In this document: piece after piece, positions 13,965-27,501 of the stretch
Layout of the letters: each line of letters starts with the position of its first letter
How positions within the stretch are numbered: position 1 is the stretch's first letter
DNA from: Octopus sinensis
Taxonomy: Eukaryota
Reading direction: 5' to 3'
NCBI RefSeq assembly: GCF_006345805.1
Contig: NC_043023.1
Coordinates: 10,540,001-10,604,000 of the forward strand
Length of the DNA stretch: 64,000 nucleotides
Position numbers and translations under genes: made by a program
The notes under the pieces: model-generated
Told to the model about the DNA's origin: nothing
Databases searched by the model: none
Seen by the model: the letters and a program-made list of their open reading frames with translations, nothing else

Positions 13965-16589
13965 GATATAATTGTTACCTGCTAGAAGTAAAGTTGTTAT
14001 TAATAGACTTAATATTGGGGGTGTGGGGGAGATTAGTATCAACCTCTGTTTTCGATGGATCTTTATTTTGATTCCGAAGCAATGAAAGGTAAAATTGACA
14101 TCGGCAGGATTTGAACTCACAACATAAAAACCCACAAGAAATACTGCCTGGCGTAAATAGTTGTTAATTTTGGTACAACCCTAAGATTTCGTTTCGGTAT
14201 TTCAAGCAAACCATTACATGTTTTATATATTCCCCGTTTACACAATTTTTGTCATGGTTCTTTTTAGGGTCAGATATTCTTTGATCTCGTCTAAAATTAT
14301 CGACTTTTCTCGATGAATTTCTACTTTTGTATCAAAACTGCTGGGGGGAAAGACTCTACGGAGGATAAGGAGTGATATTAAATGGTGAGTAAAGTAATAA
14401 TTTCATTTTGTTTTTATATTAGACTGATGAAATGAGTTCCAGGCATAAAAAACAAATAAGTTCTGGGGTCGATCCAGTCTCACTACAGATTCTTCAAGGC
14501 GATGCCCCAGCATGATGGCAGTCTAATGACAGAAATAAGTAAAACATAGTAATAATAAGAAGCAGAATTATAATTATATATATATACATATATATACACA
14601 GTTGCAAAGTGCCCCTCCTCCCCGTCCAAGGACGGTGATGAGTTGTCAAACATTTAAACCAAATTTTCTCAAGGCAACTTGTCCGACCGCTCCATAGGCC
14701 TCCCCTTTGAGAAACACTGATTTAACCTAAATTAGGGACACCAGCAAAAGAAGAAATAAAGATAGACTTTTTTTCTATTCCAAAGAAAAACGATTTTATT
14801 CACAAAAATATGCAACCGAAGAGTTTAAAGTACCAGTAATTATAAGGCTGTTGACTGGGAGAACACAAACATGGTTTAAACAGTTCTTTTCATTAAAAAA
14901 TAATTAAGCATGCCTATATTTCAATAAAACTTTTGGTTTTGTTAAACAAAGTTAAGGCAAAGAAAAAACTTCTTGAGAAACGAAATAGTCTTTCCTTCCT
15001 TCATGCCAAGTTTGAAGAAAATATCTCTTTTGCATCTTACTTTTTTGGTCTCTTAAATATACTGCATTTTGTGGCATTATTTCAAGCCAGCCGGCACAAA
15101 CTGCATGTGCATTTTTCTTGCGTACGTGTAGTATCGATCACAACAGCTGATGTACTTGCGCATATAAATGCACGTTCCCATGGCTTTATCGATCGCATTC
15201 TCACCTGGAAGCGATTTTTGTAATATTTTCAAGACTTATACACGTCCTGATACCTTCGGCATCTACATATCAAATTTGGCTGCAATCAGATTGAGGATGC
15301 CCGAGATCCTAGAAGACACACAGACAGAACAGATTTTATATTATATATATATATATATATGAGAAATTAGAAAAATACCACCTTTTCTCAATTCAAAATG
15401 AACAATTAAATTACACCATCTAGAAAATTACATATAATAGAATTATTAAAATTAAAATAACACTAAAATATCAATGACGTGTCGTTATTCTACCAATTAT
15501 ATATGTTCTTATTATTTTTTTGCAAGTTACTTAATCATGGATATTTTATTGTTATTTTAATTTTAATAATTCTATTATATGTAATTTTCTAGATGGTGTA
15601 ATTTAATTGTTCATTTTGAAATGATAAAATGTGGGTTTTTTCTAATTTTTTAGATATATATATATTATATTGTGAAATTTGATTTAGTATTTCTATTATA
15701 TGTAATTTTTTTCCCTGTGAGTTTGGATTTATATTCCCTCAAATAATTATTATATGTATGTATATATATATATATATATCATGGTGATCTATGTAAAGGG
15801 CATCTACACTGCTTTGCATAAAAAGCACCCATACATGTACCATGTGAAAAGATCTCAACACAGTCTCTTAAGTGGTTGGCGTTAAGAAGAGTGTCCAGCT
15901 GTAGAAAGCAATCTAAATCAGGCAGGAACTGGGGGCAGCACTCCTGTTTGCCAGCACAGGTCAAACCAACCAACCCAGGGAAGCATGGTAAATGGACATT
16001 AAATGTAGAAAGCTGTGCCAAAACTGACCTTGCCTGTGATCTTGCCACTTAAAATGTAGTCAATACACTCTGTAGTATGGTTGGTGTTAGGAAGAGCATC
16101 CAGCTTAAAATCTTAGCCAAAACAGACACACAAGTCTGGGGCAGTCTCCTGACTGACCACCTCCTACCAAACCATCCAGCAGATACTGGTATTGAAGGTG
16201 GACATTAAATGAAGGGGATCAGGAAACGAGAATCCTGGCAGTTTGCTGTGTTTGAAAAGACACATCAAGCTAAGTAAAAGCATGGTTGCCCTTGCATACA
16301 AGCTTGTCCCTTGCAACCCCCTCCAGCTGAGCATCCCTAATCCTGCCGGCTCATGGGTGCTGATACCACGTAAAAAGCACCCAGTGGTACTGCGTAATAT
16401 CACCCAGTACATTGTGTAAAGGGTTTGTGTTAGAAAGGGCATCCAGCAATAGAAACTATTTTAAGATAGAGATGGGGCCTGATCAGCCCTTCAGCTGGTT
16501 AGCTCCTTTCAAATCATCCAACCCATGCCAGTGTGTAAAATGGAATTTAAATGATGATGAAGTAATAATTTTAAATTTATATATACACC

Positions 16590-16880
16590 TTATAGTATAC
16601 CATTGCCTTTCTGAGCGAACGATTTGCCACAGATATCACAGTGATATGGCTTCTCACCTGTATGGACGCGTCTGTGCCTTGACAAGCCTTGATTTCGAGA
16701 GAATGATCTACCACAGGTATCACAATGATATGGCTTCTCTCCTATATGAATACGTCGGTGAGTGAGTAGGTTAGTTTTCCGAGAGAATAATTTACCACAG
16801 GTATCACAATCATATGATGTTTTGCCCTCTTCATTCTTTACATCATCAGATAAATCAATTATTTTAGATAGCCTTCTCAC
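16590..16880 (-). pseudogene. Inverted, truncated ZNF fragment (2 complete fingers plus a partial third) upstream of ZNF-C
   Basis: Track [28 protein letters not shown]...HIGEKPY...[20 protein letters not shown], then breaks off; starts at GTG. Confidence 0.8.
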
Positions 16881-17224
16881 TGTATTTGGCTATCTGATGT
16901 CATCTACAGTATGGATATAAATGACACTGGATTTATTTGAGGAATTCCTTCATGTCAGTAGAGTTTAAAACATGAGAGAAAGAGAAAGAAAATAGAATTT
17001 CCAAGACTAGTATTCACTATGATTGTTTCAACCCATCGTGCATCTGTGCCTCGCAGGTGAGATTCTGTACGAACAGTTGTGGGGCATCCTTTGATGCAGA
17101 CATGTCCCATCAGGTGACTTATCAAATGGTTCCTCGTATTTAAATTTCTGTTTTGCTTATTTCGATAAGATTTCGTTTTGGTATTTGGGACAAGTCAAGC
17201 TTCTTTCAGTTTCCATCAAACATG

Positions 17225-17307
17225 GCTTTGATTGGCCACTCTGGGACTGAACCCAGGACCATGTGGTTGGGAAGCCAACTTCTTACCACACAACCATCCC
17301 TGCACTT
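17225..17307 (-). mobile_element. tRNA-derived SINE head present in every unit (also ~157-232, ~35865-35940, ~52632-52708, ~59808-59884)
   Basis: Reverse complement GGATGGTTGTGTGGTAAGAAGTTGGCTTCCCAACCACATGGTCCTGGGTTCAGTCCC contains A-box- and B-box-like motifs. Confidence 0.65.
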
Positions 17308-18152
17308 CTACAGCCATGTCTATATAAAAATGTAGTAAAACTTTCACTGCTTTAATCTCTCTAATTCCTAATTATCTTGTATGTTTTACACTGTTGTTTC
17401 TCTTTCGTTTCAGATTATCAGATGGCATCTGCTTCACAGGATTTTTACATAAGCAACGTCATTAGAATGGAAAGTCTTTTGAAGACCGAGCAAAGATGTT
17501 ATACAAAACACATATAACCCTGTTTCTATAAATATTTACTGAATTACTGCAAAATATATCTTCTGAACTCTGACATATATGTTATGAAATTTCTCTTCTT
17601 TATTGTCTGGAATACACAGAAAATTATATTTGCATATTAATTAATCATTTAGCATTTAAACTAGCACAAATATTCTGACCTCTCACACTCACCCTGCAGT
17701 GTCAATTTAAACGTAAACAATCAAATCACTGAAGTCTCAAAGCTATGAGATAATCCATGATTAATTCAAAACAATATGAATAAATAAGCATTACATTTCA
17801 CAAAGGAATCTCAATGCTAAACGGTTAAGCTGGCCATATTTTTGTGTGTTTTATATTCATACTAGCCAGATCCCACCCTACAAGGTCATTCTAAAAGTAA
17901 ACAATCACAACATTGAAATCTGAACATGATAACATAATGAATGATTAATTCAGAAGAATTTCAATAAACATTCTATTTGACTGATTAATCTGAATGTTAA
18001 AGAGTTAAAGCAATTAAGAAGGCAGTTTGCAGCATCTTCAGATATTAACAAAGAACACTTTTGATGGAGATATATCAGTAGAAATATTTGTTCAGAGCAA
18101 TATACGAGAAGAAGGAAAACCTTTGTGAACTGTGACAAGAGAAAGGAACATT

Positions 18153-18563
18153 ATGGAAAATGAATTATTTAGGAGTGAAGTTGAATGTAAAAGAGAGTCT
18201 GAAGAAATTGATTTTTCTGATGAGGAAAAGAATGAAAAGGGCAAAACATCATTTGATTGTGATATCTGTGGCAAGTCGTTCTCTCGGAAAGCTAAGTTAG
18301 TCATTCACGAACGTACTCATACAGGAGAAAAACCATATCACTGTGAAATCTGTGACAAATCTTTTTCTCAAAACGATCACTTAACCAAGCACAAGCATGT
18401 TCATACAGGAGAAAAACCATATCACTGTGAAATCTGTGGTCAATCTTTCTCTCGAAACGATACCTTAACCAAGCACAGGCGTTTTCATACAGGAGAAAAA
18501 CCATATCATTGTGATATCTCTGGTAAATCATTTTCTCAAAATAGTCAGCTGCTTAATCACTGA
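18153..18563 (+). CDS. Short C2H2 zinc-finger protein (ZNF-C), 3 intact fingers plus 1 degenerate
   Basis: ORF 18132..18563, ATG at 18153. Same N- and C-termini as the long paralogues, consistent with in-frame array contraction. Confidence 0.75.
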   Translation: MENELFRSEVECKRESEEIDFSDEEKNEKGKTSFDCDICGKSFSRKAKLVIHERTHTGEKPYHCEICDKSFSQNDHLTKHKHVHTGEKPYHCEICGQSFSRNDTLTKHRRFHTGEKPYHCDISGKSFSQNSQLLNH

Positions 18564-19712
18564 TACATTCATACTGGCGGAAGAAACCATATCTCATGCG
18601 AAATCTGTGGTAAATCATTCTTTCAAAATAAAGGCGTGACTAATCACAGACACATTCATACAGGAGAGAAGCTGTAGCAATGTCATATCTGTGGTAAATT
18701 ATTTTATGAAAATAGAATCTTAACTAATCAGATACATATTCACACAGATGAGAAGTCATATCATTGCGGTGTCTGTGGTAAGTCATTCTCTGATGGACCC
18801 AGCTTAACTGTTCGCAAATACATTCATTCAGGTGTGAAAACCATATCACTGTCAAATCTGTGGTAAATCCTTCTCTCAAAATGGTCGCGTAACTATTCAC
18901 ATACGCATTCATACAAGACAGAAGCCATATCACTGTGATATCTGTGGTAAATCATTCTCTACATGGAGTGCCTTATTTAAACACAAATACATTCATACAG
19001 GAGAAAAACCATATCATTGTGAAATCTGTGGTAAATCTTTCTCTCGAAACGATCACTTAACCAAGCACAAGCATGTTCATACAGACAGAGAACACATTTC
19101 ATGAGGAATAGATTCATTTCCCAAGTTACAGACATTGTTTATGAGTTTTATTTTTCAAGCACAACATCCAAATTTTGAAAGTTTCTACTACCATAACAAA
19201 TGCATCTGTGTCTTACCAAGAAGTTTATAAAGAGCAAAGGAATGCTTCTCAGTAAACAACTCTAGACTTGTTTCTTTGCTTGTGAATCAGTGGTCATGTC
19301 TACAAATGATGGTGTCCCTGAGTCTTTTCAAAGCGATTCAGAAAACAATTATAATAATAATATTTTATCTATTCTAAATGATCTTGACATTGTTTTTGAC
19401 TTTACATAAAATATTCTTTACATTCTACTGTTGTTTTATTGTCATTTATTTACAAGTATTATAAATTTTATTGGTAAAATATTTTTCTAGGAATGAATTA
19501 CAATTTATAACATTGCTTCTATGGGAAATTATTGCTTTGCTTTATGAGATTTCACTTATATATCAAGGCATTATTGTATCTGACATTATTTTGGCACAAG
19601 GCCAGCAATTTCAGGGGAAGGAGTAAGTTGAATAACCACATGGATCAGCATGTGTGCTTTTTACATGAACTAGCACAAAATCTTCTTACAGGGAGTGGCA
19701 TTGCACGATATA

Positions 19713-20110
19713 TCTATATATATAAAGCTGAAGTTGTCTGTGTGTGTGGCAGGTTTTGCAGCCTTCAACTAACACTATCTCTACCGAGACACTTTAGCGC
19801 AAGTTGACCAAAATTGAGAGGATGATAAAAGAAGGCTTGCTCTTCCTTCCGTAGAAGAAAAAATTCAAATCGCACCATGTCATCACCAAAAATTATTTAT
19901 ATCAATCAGATGCTTTTTATCTACAAAAATCCCTACTTTTTACGATTCTTTGACTGCTGTCTCGTCATTTTTCAGTGTATTTCAACCAGAAAAATGTTCA
20001 CTTAAAGAGAATAACAAGCTACATAATGCAAAATTTTTACGTTTCTAAAATTCCAATTCTAAAGGGTCGAAAAGAAAACAAACTCGAGCAACACTGGGTG
20101 ATACTTCTCG
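19713..20110 (+). mobile_element. Non-autonomous Helitron, copy 3
   Basis: TC start, degenerate hairpin, CTCG in place of CTAG. Confidence 0.7.
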
Positions 20111-20757
20111 TATATCTCTATTTATAAAACTGAAAAAAAGTTTGTTTGACTCGACCACTTGGATCACTTTCAAGGCCACTACAATCCGTCAGATTAACTC
20201 CAAAAATTACAGGGACATATAAAATGAAGTGACGATGCCCGTGGGTTACGTTAGAAATCCCTATCTTAAAAGGTGTCGTTGCTAGGACCAAAAACCCACT
20301 TTGACAAGTCTACTCCCATTCTTTTACGTATCTGTCTTTCTCACTCACGCTATTTCCTCCCTTTCCTGTCTAACTCCCCTTCACATACCCTTTATAACTA
20401 TGTCTGCACTCATAGAGAGAATTATCATCGCCACCACCAACACAATTATGAGAACAAATATGAATCAGATATTTATTGTGTTCATTTATATATGTGTGTG
20501 TTCGATATATAAATATGTATATATAATGTATATATCTGTATTTATGTATATTAAACTTTTTAATACTTTTTGATAGTTATATATATTTTTAAACAAATTA
20601 TAAATATAATTTAATAATTTTTATTTTAAATTTTAATAGTTTAAATTTTTAAATTTTATATTTTCTATATTATATTTTTATTTTTATGTTTTTGTTTTGG
20701 GTTTTTCACTGTTTCATTTGCCTATTAGTGGTTTTTTATCTAATTTAATTTATATAT

Positions 20758-23214
20758 ATCATCATCATCATTTAGCGTCCGTTTTCCATGCTAGCATGGG
20801 TTGGACGGTTTAACTGGGTTCTGTGAAGCCGGAAGGCTTCATCAGGCCCAGTCAGATTTGGCAGCGTTTCTACGGCTGGATGCCCTTCCTAACGCCAACA
20901 ACTCCGTGAGTGTAGTGGGTGCTTTTTACGTGCCACCTGCACAGGTGCCAGACAGAGCTGGCAAACGACCACGAACGGATGGTGTTTTTACGTGCCACCG
21001 GCACGGGGTCAGGCGAGGTTGGCAACGGACACGAACGGATGGTGCTTTTACGTGCTACCAGCACGGGGGCCAGGCGAGGCTGGCAACGGACACGAGCGGA
21101 TGGTGCTTTTACGTGCCAACGGCATAGGGGCCAGGCGAGGCTGGCAACGGACAAATGATCGGATGGTTCGCTTAACCACAGCTGCAATTTCCACTGATGT
21201 TAATTTAGTTTGATTTTGACTGTTCTCACTGGTCTTGCCGGGTCTTCTCACGCACAGCATACTTCCATAGGTCTCGGTCTCTAGTCATTTCGTTGGTGAG
21301 ACCTAAAGTTCGAAGGTCGTGCTTCACCACCTCGTCCCAGGTTTTCCTGTGTCTACCTCTTCCACAGGTTCCCTCAACTGCTAGAGTGTGGCACTTCTGC
21401 ACACAACTATCTTCACCCATTCTCGTCACATGCCCATACCAGCGCAGACGTCTCTCTTGCACACCACAACTGATGCTTCTTAGGTCCAGCTTTTCTCTCA
21501 AGGTACTTACACTCTGTCGATTATGAACACTGACATTACACATCCATCGGAGCATACTGGCTTCATTTCTTGCGAGCTTACGCATATCCTCAGCAGTCAC
21601 AGCCCATGTTTCACTACCATGTAGCATGACTGTACGTACACATGCATCATACAGTCTGCCTTTTACTCTGAGCGAGAGGCCTTTTGTCACCAGCACGGGT
21701 AAGAGCTCTCTAAACTTTGCCCAGGCTATTCTTACTCTAGAAGTTACACTTTCAGCACACCCAGGTAGCGGAAGCTATCAACTACTTCTAGTTTTTCTCC
21801 CTGGAACTAGGTAGACGTTGGTCTCTGCACATTTTCAGTGTTTATTGCTCCTGAGCATCTGCCACAGACAAAAACTATTTTCCTAGTTAGCCTTCCTTTG
21901 ACATTGCTACACTTCTTATGTTTCCATAGCTTGCACTTGGTGCACCTTATAGAGTTTCTACCTACACATTTTTTACAGATCGAGCTGGGCCATCTACCTG
22001 AAGGGGTTTGTGACTTGTCTACTTTCCTACTTATTAGGACTTTGGTTTTGGCTAGATTGATTCTGAGGCCCTTCGATTCTAGACCTTGCTTCCACACCTG
22101 AAACTTCTACTCCAGTTCTGATAATGACTCAGCAATTAGAGCAAGGTCATCAGCATACAGGAGCTCCCAGGGGCATCCTGTCTTGAATTCCTCCGTTATT
22201 GCCTGGAGGACTATGATAAATAGGAGGGGACTGAGGACTGAACCTTGGTGGACCCCAACCTCTACCCGGAATTCTTCACTGTACTCGTTGCCAACCCTCA
22301 CCTTACTAGCAGTGTCTCTGTACATGGCTCGCACAGCTCTAACTAACCATTCATCTATCCTTAGTTTCCTCATTGACCACCAGATAAGGGATCGGGGTAC
22401 CCTGTCGATGGCTTTCTCCATGTCAACAAAAGCCAGGTACAGGGGCTTATCTTTGGCTAGGTATTTCTCCTGCAGCTGTCTTACCAGGAATATAGCATCA
22501 GTAGTACTTCTCCCTGGCACGAACCCAAACTGCATCTCATCTAAGCTAATTCTCTCTCTAATTAGTTGGGCTATAACCCTCTCCGTAACCTTCATTACCT
22601 GATCCAGCAGCTTGATACCCCTGTAGTTATTTGTATCTAGGGCGTCACCTTTACCTTTGTAGCAGTTGACTATTATGCTGCTACACCAGTCATTGGGTAT
22701 GACTCCTTCGTGTATCACCTGGTTAACTATACGGGTGAGTAGGCTATAGCCGACACTACCAGATATTTTGAGCATCTCTGCAGTAATACCTGATGGGCCT
22801 GGGGCTTTCCCTGTTTTCATACTTCTAATTGCCTTAACTACTAAGGAACTGTCAACTCGAATTGCTGGTCCCTCTGTTGGGTCGACATTCGGCAGACTCT
22901 CTTTATCCCATTCATTTTCTTTATTCAGCAACCTTTCATAGTGGCATCTCCAAACCTCTCTCTTTGCATCCCCATTTAGCGCAAGTGAACTGTCATCCTT
23001 GCGAACACATTTCTCTCCTACCATGTCACGATTCTCTCTCACACACTGTCTTGCAACACGAAATACCTCAAATCTTTCATCCTCCCGGCGCAGGACATTA
23101 GCAAATTTTTTCTTATCTGCTTCCCCTCTGGCTAATACACCTGCCTCCTAGCTTCCCTTCTGGCAGTCTGATAAACTTCCCTGCTACCACCGTTCTTCCA
23201 GTCCTTCCAAGCCT
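20758..23214 (-). mobile_element. 5'-truncated RTE-clade LINE (RT and C-terminal remnants, frameshifted)
   Basis: Track ORFs contain YRGIKLL, QFGFVPG, GVHQGSVLSPLLF, LLYADDLAL and RRLRWYGHV. (CAT)n on + at 20758 is the (ATG)n 3' tail. Confidence 0.9.
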
Positions 23215-23265
23215 TATATATATATAATTTGTATATATAATGCGTGCACACACACACACACACAT

Positions 23266-24625
23266 ATCATCATCATCATTTAGCGTCCGTTTTCCATGCT
23301 AGCATGGGTTGGACGGTTCAACTGGGGTCTGGGGAGCCCGAAGGCTGCACCAGGCCAGTCAGATCTGGCAGTGTTTCTACAGCTGGATGCCCTTCCTAAT
23401 GCCAACCACTCCGAGAGTGTAGTGGGTGATTTTATGTGCCACCGACACAGGTGCCAGACGAGGCTGGCGAACGGCCACGCTTGGATGGTGTTTTTATGTG
23501 CCACCGACACAGGTGCCAGACGAGGCTGGCAGACGGCCACGCTCGGATGGTGTTTTTATGTGCCACCGACACAGGTGCCAGATGAGGCTGGCGGACGGCC
23601 ACGATCGGATGGTGTTTGTTACGTCCCCAAAGCACGGAGGCCAGTCTATGCAGTACTGGCTACGGCCACGTTCGGATGATTTTCTTGTGTGCCACCGGCA
23701 CTGGTACCACAAAGATACAAATTCCATTGATGTTCATCTATTTTGATTTGTTTTGATTTGATTTGATTTTCACTTGCCTCAACAGTCTTCACAAGTGTCA
23801 CAAGAAGGAAGGTATGCACAGGTGGACTGACTACGTCCCAGGTAGGGGCCACGGGTTATGGCCTGACTAGTTTTGCCGGGTCTTCGGATGGTGTTTTTAT
23901 GTGCCAGATGAGGCTGGCGAACGGCCACGATCGGATGGTGTTTGTTGCGTGCCCACAGCACGGAGGCCAGTCGATGCGGTACTGGCTACGGCCACGTTCG
24001 GATGGTTTTCTTGTGTGCCACCGGCACTGGTACCACAAGATACAAATTCCATTGATGTTCATCTATTTTGATTTGATTTGATTTGATTTTCACTTGCCTC
24101 AACAGGTCTTCACAAGTGTCACAAGAAGGAAGGAAGGTATGCACAGGTGGACTGACTACGTCCCAAGTAGGGGCCATGGGTTATGGCCTGACTAGTCTTG
24201 CCGGGTCTTCGGTTGGTGTTTTTATGTGCCACCGACACAGGTGCCAGATGAGGCTGGCGGACGGCCACGATCGGATGGTGTTTGTTATGTGCCCACATCA
24301 CAGAGGCCAGTCGATGCGGTACTGGCTACGGCCATGTTCGGATGGTTTTCTTGTGTGCCACCGGTACTGGTACCACAAAGATACAAATTCCATTGATGTT
24401 CATCTATTTTGATTTGGTTTGATTTGATTTGATTTGATTTTGATTTTCACTTGCCTCAACAGGTCTACACAAGTGTCACACACTTGCCTCAACAGGTCTT
24501 CACAAGTGTCATAAGTAGGAAGGTATGCACAGGTGGACTGACTACGTCGCCGGGTCTTCGGATGGTGTTTTTATGTGCCACCGACACAGGTGCCAGATGA
24601 GGCTGGCGAACGGCCACGATCGGAT
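23266..24625 (-). mobile_element. RTE 3'-UTR/tail element with tandemly reiterated 3'-UTR segments
   Basis: (CAT)n tail, ~63-bp subrepeats and 3-4 repeats of the gatacaaattccattgatg...(TTTGA)n...cacttgcctcaacag block. No RT coding sequence. Confidence 0.8.
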
Positions 24626-25152
24626 ATATATATATATATAATGTGTGCATTATGTGGTCGGTCGGTTGAGCTGAAAATATGCACACCTATGTTAAAAGTG
24701 CTGGCAAGTTTGCATGACAAATATTTTTTTCGTCAAATGAAAGGCGTGACCTCTAGGACAAAATTCCTCATCTTATAAAATGTGGCCCCAGTACACCCGA
24801 ATGAAATCAGGTTATATTAACCAAAATGTGAAAAGGGGTCTAAATGGGGCTGGAAGGGGATTAAAATTTAAAGGAGCGGGTGTTTAGGAATTCTCTGTTA
24901 CATCAAGCTAAAAAATTTGTGCCAGCCTTTTAATCGTCAATGTGTTGCCGTCCACGATGAAGAAGTTTTGAATGCTTGCCATGGTGAGTCTACTGTCATG
25001 AGAAAGAATCGCTTCAAAAATTGGTGTTTACCAATTTTCTTTTACATGGGTCTTTTTAGCAAGCACAGCAAACGTTCGCATTTTCTAAAGGTGACATATT
25101 ACTAATTGGTCATTCATTCGTGGAAGTTGCTTTTGATATAATTGTTTCTTAA

Positions 25153-25364
25153 GGCGGCAAGCTGGCAGAAACGTTAGCACGCCGGGCGAAATACCTGCCC
25201 GTATTTCGTCTGTTTTTTATGTTCTGAGTTCAAATTCCGCCGAGCTAGACTTTGCCTTTCATGCTTTCGGGGTCGATAAATTAAGTACCAGTTGCGTACT
25301 GTGGTCGATCTAATCGACTGCCCCTCTCACTCCAAATTTCTGGCCTTGTGCCTAGAGTAGAAAA
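25153..25364 (+). mobile_element. tRNA-derived SINE, most complete copy
   Basis: Full head GGCGGCAAGCTGGCAGAAACGTTAGCACGCCGGGCGAAAT; TSD 25135-25150 / 25366-25381 (14/16 match). Confidence 0.8.
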
Positions 25365-27501
25365 GGATATAATTGTTACCTCAGTTACCTGCTAGAAGCA
25401 AAGTTGTTATTAATAGACTTAATATTGGGGGTGTGGGGGAGATTAGTATCAACCTCTCTTTTCGATGGATCTTTATTTTGATTCCGAAGCAATGAAAGGT
25501 AAAATTGACATCGGCAGGATTTGATCTCAAAACGTAAAAAACCACAAGAAATACTGCATGGTGTAAATAGTTGCTGTTAATTTTGTTACGATGCTAAGAT
25601 TTCGTTTCGGTATTTCAAGCAAACCATTACATGTTTTATATATTCCCCGTTTACGCAAATTTTGTAACGGTTCTTTTTAGGGTCAGATATTCTTTGATCT
25701 CGTCTAAAATTATCGACTTTTCTCGATGAATTTCTACTTTTGTATCAAAACTTTTGGGGGGAAAGACTATACGGAGGATAAGGAGTGATATTAAATGGTG
25801 AGTAAAGTAATAATTTCATTTTGTTTTTATATTAGACTGATGAAATGAGTTCCAGGCCTAAAAAACAAATAAGTTCTGGGGTCGATCCAGTCTCACTACT
25901 GATTCTTCAAGGCGATGCCCCAGCATGATGGCAGTCTAATGACAGAAATAAGTAAAAGATAGTAATAATAAGAAGCAGAATTATAATTATATATATATAC
26001 ACACACACAGTTGCAAAGTGCCCCTCCTCCTCGTCCACAGACGGTGATGAGTTGTCAAACATTTAAACCAAATTTTCTCAAGACAACTTGTCCGACCGCT
26101 CCATAGGCCTCCCCTTTGAGAAACACTGATTTAACCTAAATTAGGGACACCAGAAAAAGAAGAAATAAAGATAGACTTTTTTCTATTCCAAAGAAAAACG
26201 ATTTTATTCACACAAATATGCAACCGAAGAGTTTAAAGTACCAGTAATTATAAGGCTGTTGACTGGGAGAACACAAACATGGTTTAAACAGTTCTTTTCA
26301 TTAAAAAATAATTAAGCATGCCTATATTTCAATAAAACTTTTGGTTTTGTTAAACAAAGTTAAGGCAAAGAAGAAAAAACTTCTTGAGAAACGAAATGTA
26401 TATATATATATATATATGAGAAATTAGAAAAGTACAACCTTTTATCAATTCAAAATGAACAATTAAATTACACCATCTAGAAAATTACGTATAATAAAAA
26501 TATTAAAATTAAAATAACAATAAAATATCAATGACGTGTCATTATTCTACCAATTATGTATGTTTTTATTATTTTTTTTGCAAGTTACTTAATCTTGGAT
26601 ATTTTATGGTTATTTTAATTTTAATATTTCTATTTTATGTAGTTTTCGAGATGGTGTAATTTAATTGTTCATTTTGAATTGATAAAAGGTGGGGTTTTTT
26701 TAATGTATGTATATATATATATATATATGATATATATTTATCATGGTGATCTATGTAAAGGGCATCTATACTGCTCTGCATAGAAAGCTCCCATACAAGG
26801 ACCATGTGAGAAGATCTCAACACAGTGTCTAAAGTGGTTGGCATTAAGAAGAGTGTCCAGCTGTAGAAAACCATCTAAATCAGGCAGGAACTGGGGGCAG
26901 CACCCCTGTTTGCTAGCACAGGTCAAACCAACCAACCCAGGGAAGCATCTACAACCATAACAAATGCATCTGTGTCTTACCAAGAAGTTTATAAAAAGCA
27001 AAGGAATGCTTCTCAGTAAACAACTCTAGACTTGTTTCTTGTGAATCAGTGGTCACGTCTACAAATGATGGTGTCCCTGAGTCTTTTCAAAGTGATTCAG
27101 AATACAATAGTAATAATAATATTTTGTCTATTCTAAATAATCTTGACATTGTTTTTGACTTTACATAAAATATTCTTTACATTCTACTGTTGTTTTATTG
27201 TCATTTATTTACAAGTATTATAAATTTTATTGGTAAAATATTTTTCTAGGAATGAATTTCAATTTATAACATTGCTTCTATGGGAAATTATTGCTTTGCT
27301 TTATGAGTTTTCACTTTAGGAGCAATCTCCAGGAAGAAATTAACTCATATATCAAGGCATTATTGTATTTGACATTATTTTGGCACAAGGCCAGCAATTT
27401 CAGGGGAAGGAGTAAGTTGAATAACCACATGGATCAGCATGTGTGCTTTTTACATGAACTAGCACAAATGCTTCTTACAGGGAGCTGCATTGCACGATAT
27501 A

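Noticed and set aside
14422-14430. CTGATGA as a second hammerhead core (also ~25838 and ~45942)
   Set aside because: No stem II/GAAA/stem III arrangement follows; it lies in a SINE-like 3' body.
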